64,000 nucleotides of DNA, from positions 10,542,001-10,606,000 of the forward strand of contig CM075995.1 of the NCBI GenBank assembly GCA_038087875.1. Direction: 5' to 3'. Each line of letters starts with the position of its first letter. Positions within the stretch are counted from its first letter, which is position 1. Shown here piece by piece: positions 10,290-23,694 of the stretch. The notes beneath the pieces are model-generated. The model ran no database searches and was not told the DNA's origin. It saw only the letters and a list, made by a program, of their open reading frames with translations. The DNA is from Malacoraja senta. Taxonomy: Eukaryota. A program made the translations under genes and the position numbers.

Positions 10290-13200
10290 CCATTGTACTG
10301 GTTGCAACAGAAAATTGGTAAATTAAGCAGCAAATAAGGAATAAGGCATAGTCAGCAGAGCGGCCTATTGCGTGATATGTTGTGTGGTGTTAAAGCGCAG
10401 GTCTTTGGCGATATAGTCTTCGGCGAGGAGGCTGGGGGTAGGAGGCTATCGGCAGCAGAGAAGGGAATAGGTTTAATTCAGCTTTGTGAGTATGTCTCGT
10501 TCTTAATCTACTGAAATAATGGCAGGCAAGTTGTTGCAGTGCGTTTTGTGTAGAATGTGAAAAGTCAGGTGCCTCTGACAACTACACCTATGGAAATTAT
10601 GTCCAGGTGCAGCTCCTGAAGGACCGTGTTAGGGAACTGGAGCAGCAGCTGGATGACCGCAGGACCATCCGGGATAACGACAGTTTCATGGACAAGACCT
10701 ACAGTGGGGTTGTCACACCGAAGATACAGGAAGAGTGAAAGTGGATGACAACGAGGAGAAGTAAACATGGAGTGCATGAGACCCCAGTGGCTGTACCGAT
10801 TGAAGTCAGGACTGTGACTCTAACCCTGGTGCTGAGGCTCAGCAGGGAAGAGTGAAGTCAGGTAGAGCATTACTGGTGGGCGACTCGATAGTCAGATGTG
10901 GGGACAGGAGTTTCAGCGGCAACAGGCGTGAATCCAGGATGGTGTGCTGGCACCAGGTGCCAGGTTCCAGGACGTCTCGGTGCCGCTGCGGGGTATCCTC
11001 GAGGGAGGGGAGCAGCCGGAGGCTGTTGTGCATGTTGGCACAAATGATATAGGTAGGACGAGGAAGGAAGTTCTGTAACACAAGTTTAGGGAGTTAGGTG
11101 ACCCCCAGAATAATTATCTCTGGCTTGCTTCCAGTATCTCGTGCTAGTGAAGGTAAGACCAGGAAGTTAGGGGAAATAAATGTGTGGCTAAAGAGTTGGT
11201 GCAGGGGCAGGGATTTAGATATCTAGACCATTGGGATCACTTCTTGTGAAGGGTCATCTATACAAAAGGGGCGGGTTACATCTTAACTGGAGGGGTGCCA
11301 ACACCCAGGTTTGCTAATGCTACACGGGATGCTTTAAACTAGATTGGCGGGGGTGGGGCGTCTCATACGGGACAGAGGCAGGTGAGAGGTTAGAAGTTTG
11401 TATGGAGGGTTGTGATAGAAACGTTAGTGGACAGAATAGGCAGATGAAAGTCAGAGAGCGAGGAAGGAGGGTTAGGTTACACTGCAAGTGTTATAATGGA
11501 AGAGGCCTGACGGGTAAGGCAGATGAGATTAGTGTATGGATAGGTATGAACGACTGGGACGTTGTAACCACTATTGCAACCTGGATAAGAGTCGGACAGG
11601 ACTGGCAGCTCAATGTTCTGGGGTACAGGAGCTTCAGGAGAGATGGGTGAGGGATAAGAGGAGAGGGGTTGCATTGTTGGTTAAGGAGCACGTCACGGCA
11701 GTGGTCAGAGATGACATTAGGGACAGTTTGTCTAGTGAGGCTATATGGGCGGAGCTGAGGAACCAGAAAGTGATGCAACGAGACCTGGGCGTCATGGTAC
11801 ACCAGTCATTGAACGTAGGCATGCAGGTGCAGCAGGCAGTGAAGAAATCAAATGGTATGTTGCATTCATAGCAAAAGGATTTGAGTATAGGAACAGGGAG
11901 GTTCTACTGCAGTTGTACAGGGTCTTGGCGAGACCACACCTGGAGTATTGCGTACAGTTTTGGTCTCCTAATCTGAGGAAAGACATTCTTGCCATAGAGG
12001 GAGTACAGAGAAGGTTCACCAGACTGATTCCTGGGATGTCAGGACTTTCATATGAAGAAAGACTGGATAGACTCGGCTTGTACTCGCTAGAATTTAGAAG
12101 ATTGAGGGGGGATCTTATAGAAACTTACAAAATTCTTAAGTAGTTGGACAGGCTAGATGCAGGAAGATTGTTCCCGATGTTGGGGAAGTCCAGAACAAAG
12201 GGTCACAGTTTAACGATAAGCGGGAAATCTTTTAGGACCGAGATGAGACAAACATTTTTCACACAGAGAGTGGTGAATCTCTGGAATTCTCTGCCACAGA
12301 AGGTAGTTGAGGCCAGTTCATTGGCTATATTTAAGAGGGAGTTAGATGTGGCCCTCGTGGCTAAAGGGATCAGGGGGTATGGAGAGAAGGCAGGTACAGG
12401 ATACTGAGTTGAATGATCAGCCATGATCATATTGAATGGCGGTGCAGACTCGAAGGGCCGAATGGCCTATTCCTGCACCTATTTTCTATGTTTCTATGTT
12501 TCTATGATCACCTTGATAGGGGTGTACTACAGACCCCCGAATAATCAATGGGAATTAAATGAACAAATATGCCAGGAGATTGCAGACAGCTGCAGGTCAA
12601 ATGAGGTTGTTGTAGTAGGGGATATTAACTTACCCAATATTGACTCAGAAAATCATAGTGTGAAAGGTTTAAATGGGGTGCAATTCCCCAAAATTGTTCA
12701 AGAGTTTTCTCAAGCAGTATGTTGAAGCCCCACACACATGAGCGAGCAACACTGGATCTTGTGCTGGGAAATTGGGAAGGGCAAGTCAATGAAGAGGAGC
12801 TTTTGGGGACCAGTGGCGACAGTTCTATTTGGTTTAAGACAGTTTTGGATAGGGACGGAGAGGGTCCACGTGTTAAAATGCTCAAAATGTGGTAAGGCTA
12901 ATTTGAAGGTATGAGAAAAGGTCTCGCTCCTGTTGATTGAGGCAGGTTGTTTACGGGGAAAGGAACATCAGCCAAGTGGTCTGTTTTTAAAAGTGTGATG
13001 ACAACGGCACAGGATATGCACGTCCCTATTATAGTGAAGGTCAAGGAAGGAAAACGTAAGGAAGCTTGGCTGATGAGAGAAATAGAGACATTGGTTAAGA
13101 ATAAAAAGGAGGCGTTGGAAAGCCATAGGCAGCTGTGGATGAGTTTCGGTAAATAAGGAGCAAAGTAAAAAAATCAGAAGGGTAAAAAGAGGCAGGAGAT

Positions 13201-13800
13201 AGTTCTGGCAGATAGCATTGAGGACCAACCCAATGGGTTTTTTGTAAATATATAAGGGGGAAAAGAGTAACTAGAGAGAGAGTGTGGCCCCTCATGAATG
13301 ATAGCGGTCAACTCTGTGTGGAGCCACAGGAGATGGGCAAGGTCCCCAATGAGTATTTCTCCTCTGTATTTACCGAGGAGAAAGGCAGGAAGAAGGAGGA
13401 ACTTGGGGCAATCAATGGAAGTGTCCTGAGAGCAGTTAGTGTTATGGTTGAAGAGGGGCTGAAGGTACTATCGTGTATAAAAGGAGACAAATATTCAGGG
13501 GCAGGAAATCAAGATATATCCGAGGACCTTGAGGGAAACCAGAGAGGAAATTGCGGGAGGCCTGGTTGAAATTTACGAGTCATCTTTAACTAAAGGAGAG
13601 GTGACAGAAGACTAGATGGTGGCAAATGTTGTGCCTCTATTCAAGAAGAGCTGCAGGGAAAATGCTGGGGACTATGTCAGTGAGCTTATCATCTGTTGTT
13701 GGAAAGTTACTAGAGGGATAGGATATGCAGGGATTTAGACAGACAATGGCTGATTAGGGATAGTCAACATAGTACGTGAGAGAAATGGTTGATGAGGGCA
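10290..13800 (+). mobile_element. Decayed CR1 LINE 5' half: 5'UTR, ORF1 (Zn finger, SGNH esterase), APE, start of RT
   Basis: MAGKLLQCVLC at 10519, LVGDSIVR ~10870, YYRPPN..VGDINLP ~12520-12640. Cut at 13801 by an LTR. Confidence 0.85.
11770..12505 (+). mobile_element. Younger HER1 3' fragment nested in the CR1 APE domain
   Basis: Splits ELRNQK|MITLIGVYY. Ends in TTTCTATG repeats. Confidence 0.92.
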
Positions 13801-14048
13801 TGTTAAAGTCAATTACTTATCACAGACCAGTCAAACACAAAGTAAGGCAAGATTATTTTATTCGTTAGTGGGAGTGTGCTGAGAGCTATACACCTTAGCT
13901 TCCCTGTCGCACAACTCTCCGAACAAAGAAAAGTTAGTACAGTTATAGTAATTTCTTATCAATAAACACACCTACCAAGTCTGATATAGCATGATTGAAA
14001 GATTCTGTAGCCTTTCCGGAAATAAGGAATGCTAGACACACGTCAAGC
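13801..14048 (-). mobile_element. U5/R side of an ERV LTR (putative 3' LTR of ERV-B)
   Basis: Starts TGTTAAAGTCAATTACTTATCA, similar to the LTR stub TGTAAAGTTCATTCCTTATCA at 35680. Minus-strand AATAAA ~13857-13862. Confidence 0.6.
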
Positions 14049-15648
14049 TGTACTTATGCTCCTAGAGCTTACTCTCTTAGTCGAGTTCAGTAAAACACCG
14101 TCAAGCAATTTTGGTCAATATTAACATTCCTCCATTTTATCACATGATAACCCATCATTAATGATAACCAGAATACAATAGTGACTGCTTCATTCCAACA
14201 GATATCTTAACAAAAAGATGCTGATGTATTTTCACAGAATTTCATCAAGCTTCCCAAGTTTTTGTGGACGTAGCTTCATGATTTCCATCTGATGAGTCTT
14301 CACCTCCAGACTTTTCGTTGGCGCGAATCCCCTCCATCCATTTTGATAATTCATCTGTGCTTGATCTATAGTAGAGTATGAAGTTTCTAAGAGAACCTGG
14401 AATAAAGTAAGTTAGCAGTCCCAATTTCCACTGATACTCTTACAGTGGTGAAGATGTAACCATGCATTCCTTCCTTCTATCTTCAACAAAAGGCCTCTCC
14501 CTATATACAGCTCCTACTGTACCACATAATTCTCTCGACACTAAAGTCAAGGCTAGAACGTGGTCGGTCATCTCCACAATCACATGATGGAGATTGATCA
14601 TTTTTATTACATTTTGATTCTATGGTATGGTATTCTTGAGGGTCTATCATAATGATTTCAGCTGGGTTCAGTCCAGATTTCCCTACAGGCATGACTCCTA
14701 TTTGAAACAAACTATGGGAAGTAATTTTAATCAAACCAATTTCAGTCTTGCCTTTAATTTAGCTAATTTAGTTTTAAGGGTCTAATCTGATCTTTCTACA
14801 AATCCAGCAGCTTGTGGTCGATATTCACAATACAATATTCACAGCTGTTCGTATAATTTTCATTAATTTGTTCCAATATGACGTGGATCATTATTTAAAC
14901 TAAGTCAAATAAGGATGCCAAATCTAGGGATATTTTTTCTTCAACTCCTTGATAACAGTAGCTGCTTTATTATCAAGGGTTAGACAAGTTTTGATCCACC
15001 GGCCGAATGCATCGACTTTGACAACAAATACCTACAAACCTGGCCCCTTTTCTTATTTGATGTAATCCTCCTTTAATGTCTTAAATAGACTTATAGACAA
15101 TAAGTGGTTAGCATCGACCTCTTGGAGGGAGACTTGTTACTCACTTTTAATCTATCTTATTACTGTTGTACTATTATCTCACGTTCCCAGGTTCCCAGGG
15201 TAATTTTAATGTCAGACTAGCGCCACAATTCCTGACATCTGCTAGGGTTTGTTCTCTCCTTGATACCCGCTGAATAGTCCTGTCCCTCTTCTGACTGCTC
15301 TTCTGGGGGTGAGTCAAGAAAATACATTAGGTTAATTTATATACTGTGCCCAAACCAAAATTGTCAATGATCTCTGAAATGGATTCCATGCCATTCTGAT
15401 AGGCCATTGTTAAGTGTGACATTTAAAAGTTATTCCAATAATTTCCTGATAAAGGGTAGTTAAATTTGGGTGCAGAGTGGGTGTCCCCGGGCCACAGAGC
15501 AATGTTTATCTCCATATATTTACTTGAGATAGCCCGTTCAGACAAAGTGCAGTGGAGCTAGAAGGTATTGTTGTACAATAATCTTTCCAAAGTTGGAGCC
15601 TGCCTCTGGAGGCATCCTGTATCTTTTTAATTTACTGTGACTCGATTC

Positions 15649-17165
15649 ATAGATACATAGATACATAGAAAATAGGTGCAGGAGTAGGCCATTCGGCCCA
15701 TCGAGCCTGCACCGCCATTCAATATGATTATGGCTGATCATCCAACTCAGTATCCTGTACCTGCTTTTTCTCCATACCCACTGATCCCTTTAGCCACAAG
15801 GGCCACATCTAAGTCCCTGTTAAATATAGCCAATGAACTGGCCTCAACCACCTTCTGTGGCAGAGAATACAAGAGATTCACCACTCTGTGTGAAAAATGT
15901 TTTTCTCATCTCGGTCCTAAAAGATTTCCCCCTTATCCTTAAACTGTGACCCCTTGTCCAGGACTTCCCCAACATCGGGAACAATCTTCCTGCATCTAGC
16001 CTGTCCAACCCCATAAGAATTTTGTACGTTTCTATAAGATCCCCTCTCAATCTCCTAAATTCTAGCGAGTATAAGTCAAGTCTATCCAGTCTTTCTTCAT
16101 ATGAAAGTCCTGACATCCCAGGAATCAGTCTGGTGAACCTTCTCTGCACTCCCTCTATGGTTATAATGTCCTTCCTCAGATTTGGAGACCAAAACTGTAC
16201 GCAATACTCCAGGTGTGGTCTCACCAAGACCCTGTACAACTGCAGTAGAACCTCCCTGCTCCTATACTCAAATCCTCTTGCTATGAAGGCCAACATACCA
16301 TTCGCTTTCTTCACTGCCTGCTGCACCTGCATGCCTACTTTCAATGACTGGTGTACCATGACACCCAGGTCTCGCTGCATCTCCCCATTTCCTAATCGGC
16401 CACCATTTAGATAATAGTCTGCCTTCCCGTTTTTGCTACCAAAGTGGATAACCTCACATTTATCCACATTATACTGCATCTGCCAAACATTTGCCCACTC
16501 ACCCAGCCTATCCAAGTCACCTTGCAGTCTCCTAGCATCCTCCTCACAGCTAACACTGCCCCCCAGCTTAGTGTCATCCGCAAACTTGGAGATGTTGCTT
16601 TCAATTCCCTCGTCCAGATCATTAATATAAATTGTAAATAGCTGGGGTCCCAGCACTGAGCCTTGCGGTACCCCACTAGTCACTGCCTGCCATTGTGAAA
16701 AGGACCCGTTTACTCCTACTCTTTGCTTCCTGTTTGCCAGCCAGTTCTCTATCCACATCAATACTGAACCCCCAATACCGTGTGATTTAAGTTTGTATCC
16801 TAATCTCTTATGTGGTACCTTGTCGAAAGCCTTCTGAAAGTCCAGATACAACACATCCACTGGTTCTCCCCTATCCACTCTACTAGTTACATCCTCGAAA
16901 AATTCTATAAGATTCGTCAGACACGATTTACCTTTCGTAAATCCATGCTGACTTTGTCCAATGATTTCACCACTTTCCAAATGTGCTGCTATCCCATCTT
17001 TAATAACTGACTCTAGCAGTTTCCCCACTACCGATGTTAGACTAACTGGTCTGTAATTCCCCGTTTTCTCTCTCCCTCCCTTCTTAAAAAGTGGGGTTAC
17101 GTTTGCTACCCTCCAATCCTCAGGAACTACTCCAGAATCTAAAGAGTTTTGAAAAATTATCACCA
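15649..17165 (-). mobile_element. 5'-truncated young HER1/CR1 LINE
   Basis: CATAGATA/CATAGAAA tail at 15649. RT frame open over most of its length. Confidence 0.95.
15844..17163 (-). CDS. CR1 ORF2 reverse transcriptase portion (439 aa, 5' truncated, frameshifted near the end)
   Basis: NYRPVSLTS, QHGF, LDFQKAFDKVPH, GVPQGSVLGP, FADDTK. Confidence 0.85.
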   Translation of the reverse strand: MIIFQNSLDSGVVPEDWRVANVTPLFKKGGREKTGNYRPVSLTSVVGKLLESVIKDGIAAHLESGEIIGQSQHGFTKGKSCLTNLIEFFEDVTSRVDRGEPVDVLYLDFQKAFDKVPHKRLGYKLKSHGIGGSVLMWIENWLANRKQRVGVNGSFSQWQAVTSGVPQGSVLGPQLFTIYINDLDEGIESNISKFADDTKLGGSVSCEEDARRLQGDLDRLGEWANVWQMQYNVDKCEVIHFGSKNGKADYYLNGGRLGNGEMQRDLGVMVHQSLKVGMQVQQAVKKANGMLAFIARGFEYRSREVLLQLYRVLVRPHLEYCVQFWSPNLRKDIITIEGVQRRFTRLIPGMSGLSYEERLDRLDLYSLEFRRLRGDLIETYKILMGLDRLDAGRLFPMLGKSWTRGHSLRIRGKSFRTEMRKTFFTQSGESLVFSATEGG

Positions 17166-20100
17166 GTCTTCCTTGCTGGTACGAAGTGTTGGGTGAGTTA
17201 AGATGTTAGCAGGGTCTTGCACTAGTATATGAGCAGCTTTTCAACTGTTAATTTTTGTTAAATTTCGTATCAGTTTATGTTGATTTTCTTCATTCAGTTT
17301 CAGAGCTGCAAGAGTAAGGATGTTACTACGATGAGCAATTAGTAGATGGTTTTGTTTTAGTTTTATTCTGGCATTATTCTGGTGGTCTATGATCTTCTTG
17401 GAAAAGTATTACCACTTTCTGGGGAGCTTCTTGAATGGGATTGATGCCCACACATCCTACCTGAGCTGTGTCTTCTGCCCGTTCTTGAGGGTTCACATGC
17501 TCATATACCTCACTCCCCAGATTATGACGTTGATAGGTAACACTGTCCTGGAGGCCTAATAAAACTCAACAACATTTCTGTTAGACATATTTGCCCTAAT
17601 TGTTTGGGTCTGCCATAATGATTGCTCCTCTCCACTGTTGCCCCAGGTCTCTTGCCTCTGCTGGTTCTTACTGGTACCTCAATGCATCCTACAGCTCTCT
17701 CCTCTTCTTTGAACTAGTGCCAAATTTATTTCCATCGAGTTCCTTCATCTCACCACAGTTACTTTGTCTCTCTTCTTAGTTTCTTTATTGCCTCTAATTT
17801 CTTCTCATACTTTGTTCTACTTTGTCTCTCTGTTGGGCCTACCTTGCTCTAATGATCTAATTGGCTACAATTAAAGCAGACTCCCGAGTCCACCAATGTA
17901 TGTGGGGCTTTGTGCAGTTTGTTTCTCTGGGTATAATTCTCCCTTTCTGTCTCTCTGTACCATTGTCAGTGCTATGAGGAGGGAGTACTCACCTCCATAA
18001 GATTCTTCTAATAGGTCTTGAGGAAGGGGTCAGGTTATTTTGTCTGTAATTCTGGACTGGCTGGCTGGCTGGCTGATCAGGACTGTGAAAATGGGTTGGT
18101 TTGTGAGAAGGGTGTCTGTCTTCTTCATCCCTGATCCTCTGAGCAGCCCACTCTCGGCTCTTCCCGATCCCAAGGATTTAAAGGTCTTCTATATTCCCTA
18201 GGATCTCGAGTGTTCCTGCAACCTCTAGGGTCCCAAAGGTTCCTCAGACCTCGTGACCCTCTTCTTTAACCCCTTCCTCCTGTTCGTTCTTTCATTGGAC
18301 ATGATCTGCTCCAATGCCCTGTTTCACCACAAACATAGCACTGATCTGGCCCTACCACTCTAATCCTTCTCCAATGCAGTTTAGGGGAAATCAGCTCCAA
18401 GGCAGGTATGTCATTGAGGTAATCAGGTGGGAATTGTTTTTCCAATACTTTAGGATTTCCCCGTCCTAGGTCTCATTTTGGCGTCTCTTTTGTAGTCACG
18501 CACTCTGGCTCTGTTTTGTCTGTAGGCTGATCTTGCTGCTCTTTCTTTGGTTTTATTTCCACACTTCTAGCTGGATCAACTAATCTTCGGAAGGTATCTG
18601 CAAGGGTAGTGAAAACTGCCTCTTCTCTTGCACTATCCCCTCCCATTACATCCTCCAATGCCTCATATGTTGGATATCCTAAGGCTGCTAGAAATCTGAT
18701 GCTTTCTGTAAGAGTAACTGACTCTTGCACCACTTTTCATAGGTCTCGGGAGCCTGCCTAATGCCCACGCATTGTAATGTTTAAGTAGTAATTAAAGGTC
18801 GCAGGCAATTTATTTTTATCAGGAATGTTGTCTAACACTGTCGTTGCCTCATGAGGCTTCCATGAGGTGTGGACATCTGTGGTACGGGTATTATTTGCAC
18901 CCACCGCACAACCGAATCAAAAGTAGGGGCAGGCACTTTCCTAACTGGAAACTGCCTACTGGTTATTCGCTCTGCTCTCATAATATTTGCTATATCGGAA
19001 TCTGTTTTAGTATCTCCAGCCAATGTCTCACCCTCAGAGGCACTCCCCTCCTCACTAAGGGAATCATGGTATTTTTCAAATGACTCCTTATGGTCTCCCG
19101 CTGCCCGTCTGATTCGTCCAGGCACAGACTCACTAAGGAACTTTGGGGACTGCACTATTCCTTTAAAGCTCTTGTCTTTGAACACTGGCTCCATTATAAA
19201 TTTCCTCCTAGCTCCGTGAGCTACTGAACTATCTATTGTCAGTGAAGCAACCGGGACCAAAGAATCCCGTGCTGGTGTCACCACTGCTGGTGAATCGAGC
19301 TTGGATGTGAATTTAGTAGGTGGAGTTAAAGGCGATGCCGAATCCACATGTGCTGGCTGTTCACAGGAGTAACCAGGTCGATCTGAACTGGGAATGTGAG
19401 AAGGATAAAGGGAAGGCTGTGAATCTCTCATTTGAAAGCCTTCCTACTTCTTTAAATAATCGCCCTCCTCCCCTTTAAGGTCAATGCCAACCACCGGGTC
19501 CTTATATTCAAGAACTGTGGAGGCCAGTTTCCCTCCAGAAGATTTCCCTCTTCCCTTTCCCTGCTCCCTAATACTCTCCTGCTCCTTTCTTAAGGGACCT
19601 GGAAGGTTGATAGACTCCAGTATCATGTAGCTCTATTCAAGCCGCGAGATTGCTCTCTTCCAATTTGTCATTCTTACAACTTCTCTATTTGCCTATCGCA
19701 TTGTATAATATGTTCTCCACAATCCTATTAATTCCTCTGCTACCTCACTGTTACTACACTGCCAAATAATTTGTTCTATACGCCTTATTCCCTTCAATGT
19801 TTTAATGCCTCCCTTCGGCCATATTTCCTTGTTCAATGCTCCCTGAAAATTTCTCAACCTCTCAGCTTTCTGTGGAAATTCATTGCATATTAATTGCAAT
19901 GGGCGTTCAGATTCGTCAGTCATATCTCACTCCATGTAATTTCCCATGCTTGCAGCCAATGGAAATAAACTTCCAAACCACTCACAACTCCTTAACTATT
20001 CACTTCCCTCACAATTTCCGAGGATATCAAACTCGCTCCCGAACAATGGCCAAAAGCTCCATAGCGTGTCAACAATCTCGCACTTCTCACAATACAATCG

Positions 20101-20671
20101 CCCAATCAATCCTTTCAATCGGGTACCCAAATTCCTTCCAATCTCTCAAAATTCACGCACTCAATTCATACAACTTTCAACCTGTAAACAATTCTAAAAC
20201 AATCTTTGATCGACCAAATTAAGGTTCTTCAGTGAGCAATCGAATACACCATTCAGCAGCAGTATCTCCCACACTCAAAACACTTTAATCTAACACAAAC
20301 AAATAAATCCAAACTATGCAAGCAAAATCGTACTTAAACAAGAAACTATACCACTTGTTACTATTTTCCAAAAACATACTCAATATAAATTACAAGCATT
20401 TGTTAATTACAATTTCAAAAACAAATCACTAGATATTTTAATCCCTCCTCGTGGTGTTTTCAACCAACGGAACAATTCCCTCGATACAGCAATCGGAAGG
20501 ATTCGTACCTCTGGCTGAATAGTCACGGGTCGGACTCCAATTACAATAGCAGTCTTAATCAAATTATATTCTTATACAGTCGATTTGAACCACTATTACA
20601 ACAGTGTATCTAACATTCAAAATTTAAATCAAAAGCAATACGCGGCAAATACAATGAAACAATCAACAAGT

Positions 20672-20897
20672 TGAGAATTTGTGGAATTCCTGCCACAGAG
20701 GGCAGTGGAGGCCAAGTCACTGGATGGATTTAAGAGAGAGTTAGATAGAGCTCTAGGGGCTAGTGGAATCAATGGATATGGGGAGAAGGCAAGGCACGGG
20801 TTATTGATTGTGGACGATCAGCCATGATCACAATGAATGGCGGTGCTGGCTCGAAGGCCGAATGACCTCCACCGCACCTATTTTCTATGTTTCTACA
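20672..20897 (+). mobile_element. HER1 3' fragment in the ERV-A leader
   Basis: GTGGAATTCCTGCCACAGAGG..TTTTCTATGTTTCTA. Confidence 0.9.
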
Positions 20898-22544
20898 TCC
20901 TTAACACACTTTAAATATATCTTCACAATTCCTAACTATCAACAATTTGTACAAATATTTATTATACACAAGTTAACTTGGAAGAGAATATGTACACTTT
21001 GATTTAACCAGCACTTATCAATATGAGGTCCTGAATTTAGTAATTTTAAATGAAAACATTTTCAGCTCGTTTTTTTTCTCTGTCCAATTATTTTTAGTAA
21101 GCAAGTTCAAATTCAAATTTTTACGCAGACATCTTTAGGATTATGAAATCCTCAGGATTGGTTAAAGTATTTTCGGCCAATTTATACTTTAACCAGTACC
21201 TTTATGAGACTCCTCACCCTGTTTTTACAGAGATCCAGATAATCTCACACAGGCGGGGACTTGAACCACATAGGCTCACCCTTGCGAGGGCCTCTTTCTT
21301 TCCACCTGCTTGGTACAGGGTGTCAGCACGTAATGGCTTCACGCCGATTTTTATAGTGCCTTTCCAATTCGCACCCCCTGCTACGACGCAGTAATTTGCC
21401 TCTTAGTACTGTTTAGACCCAGTCCTGTTTTCCAATATCCAGCCAATCGGATATCCAAGTCTGGGCAGGGCCTCAAACCACTGTTATTTTCGATGTCAGG
21501 CCAACTCAATGGTACCTAACGGTTAGATTTTGCAACAATGCTGTCGACTTAGTTTTTATGGGACCTCGAACCCCTGGGAAGGGAAGGGCTTCGAACCCCA
21601 AAAAGACAGGAACACCCTCAGTTGCTAGACTACTGTTTTACGATCTCGTTGGGAACCCCAACCCACGTTCATGAATGATCGATCCGCTCTGACTAGCAAA
21701 GTGGGAAAACCAATGTGAAAACTGCACCATGGCGCCGATTTCTTCCCTTGTAATTGGGAACAGGTCAACACCCTCGATCGCAAACTTGTGTCTGGGGGTC
21801 TGTTGAGCCCCCAATGTAATGATGCTCCTAGAGCTAACCCCCTTCGTTTAGTTCAGTAAAACACGGAGTCAAGCACTGCACCACTAAATCTTTTATTTTA
21901 TGAAACAACAACGAATTCCCTATACGATACCTAGCCACACCGCGGGATCAATCCTTGTCTTTTCTTGTCCAAGCCCTTCAGCCTCGTGCAAGCAGATACT
22001 TCAAAAAGGTTATGCAGTCCTCCTCCAGAAGATTGATAACGAACCTCGTGGGGGTTACCTTTTATAGGTCATTGAACGCTGTGGGGCAAGATCTACATGG
22101 GGATGGTACCCCTACAAACCAATCACAGATATCGATTACATGAAAGTGTTATTGACAATTCCCCAACCCAATTACAAAGCTCCCCATTACAAAATATTTC
22201 TACAGAAGCTTCTGGAAAGAAGTCAGTTGACCCAAGTAACGCAACATTCTCCTGGGGAGTATAAACAATTCAAACAAGGCTTCACACTTCAGCCAATCAT
22301 CAAACAGTAACACAAACATCTTGCAACATTATTAACAGTATTTACAATCCTTCTGTAGCCAGCCTATCATGCTAATGCACTTGCAACACCTTTGGGTTTC
22401 TCTGCAAATACTCATACATTTTAACAATAGAAAGTTCAATCGAGGATCTAGACATCCTGGCACCAATTTACAGCATTCAGCTTTGCACAGAAAGTCAGCA
22501 GTACTATGCAAACTTGGCAACGAAATTTCTAGGTCCCTACCTGG

Positions 22545-23375
22545 TCGGTGAGGCAGCTTTTTCTCCAGGCTGCCCTGTCGACACGTCCTCGTGGCCTACC
22601 AGCGGGCCTGGAGCGCCGTTTCCTGGCGGGGACCGCCCCGCACCTCGGCTTGGTGGCGGCACAGCGCTGGAGTGTTGACGCGGAGCGGAGCGGGCGATGC
22701 CTTGCCTGGATCGGCGCGCTCGACTGACGCGCCGGAGCTCCGTAGATTGTGACCGCCGAGGTCAACATCTCCGGGCTGCGGGACTGCGGAGAGGATCGGG
22801 CGGCGCCGACTTTTACATCGGGAGCCTTGGAGCTCCAAACCGGCGCGGCCTTGTCGGCTTCGGTAGCTGCGGCCTCTGTGAGGAATGCGCCCGTTCCAGG
22901 TGGCCCAGCCGCTGAGAGGACTCTCCCAACGCCGGGGCAACATCACCCGGTGAGAATGGCCAGGAACATCGGGCCTCCATAGAGGCAATAGCGGAGGCCT
23001 CATTAGGCCTGACTTTGGGTGAACTGGGGTTGTGGACTGGACATTGTGCCTTCCCCCACAGTGGTAATCATTGTGGGGGGATGATTTTTGTGTGTTGTGT
23101 CTTGTTAGTCTGTGTTCAAGATGGCGGTCGGAGGGGAGAGTGGACGCTGGCGCGGTTTAGCCGTTTCCTGGCGGGGACCGCTGCTCTCTCCTCAAATTGT
23201 GTTTCTGATTTTCTTTTTGTGTCTTTGGAATGAATTCTGTCCTTAATTTGCGTATTGGTCTTTATAATTTATTTTATTCCGATTATATGTTTCTTATTTG
23301 TCAATCTCTGTAAGGTGTCCTTGAGACCTCGGTATAAGGCGCCCGTAAATAAAAGTTATTATTATTATTATTATT
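22545..23375 (+). mobile_element. GC-rich SINE-like retroelement with L2-type (TTA)n tail
   Basis: Hairpin 23048-23083, AAGATGGCG ~23118, ends GTAAATAAAAG(TTA)n. Confidence 0.75.
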
Positions 23376-23694
23376 CTATTGTCAGGAGTCATTGGCCTTT
23401 CCTTGATTTTAGTTGTGTGTTTTATAAAATTGTCAGTTATATCAGATTTGGCATCGAGCCTCTTTTCTTAAACAATGTTTTCTCATATTAAATATACAAT
23501 GTAGGGACTTCCGGTGGCGCCATGTTGGACTGAACAGGCGCTGCATTTAGCTCCGTGCCCGTAATCGGCGAATTTTCGCTTTAAAAATCGATTGGAAGTC
23601 GGGTCCGTGTGTAATAACATCAGCTGCTTGTCGCGGTGCTGATGACGTCATCAGAAATCGCCGCGAAAATAACGGAGGTTTAAGTTATCTTTAA

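Larger units (their letters stand above)
14049..22176 (-). mobile_element. Decayed class I (gamma/epsilon-like) endogenous retrovirus ERV-A; no env seen
   Basis: 5' LTR 21815-22176 (TGTAAT..ATTACA). PBS TGGGGGCTCAAC (Pro-like) 21802-21813. Gag fragments incl. CYVCGETGHWSRSC ~18296-18345. IN motifs IPRFGI, YRPQAAGFVER, KIEGRNAWLHLHHCK. PPT AAAATGGAGGAA 14127-14138. Confidence 0.8.

Noticed and set aside
14289..14316. CTGATGAGTC..GAC hammerhead-like start
   Set aside because: The stem is followed by TTTT rather than GAAA
16022..17010. Antisense ORFs over CR1 RT (also 56849-57283)
   Set aside because: Shadow frames of the RT coding strand
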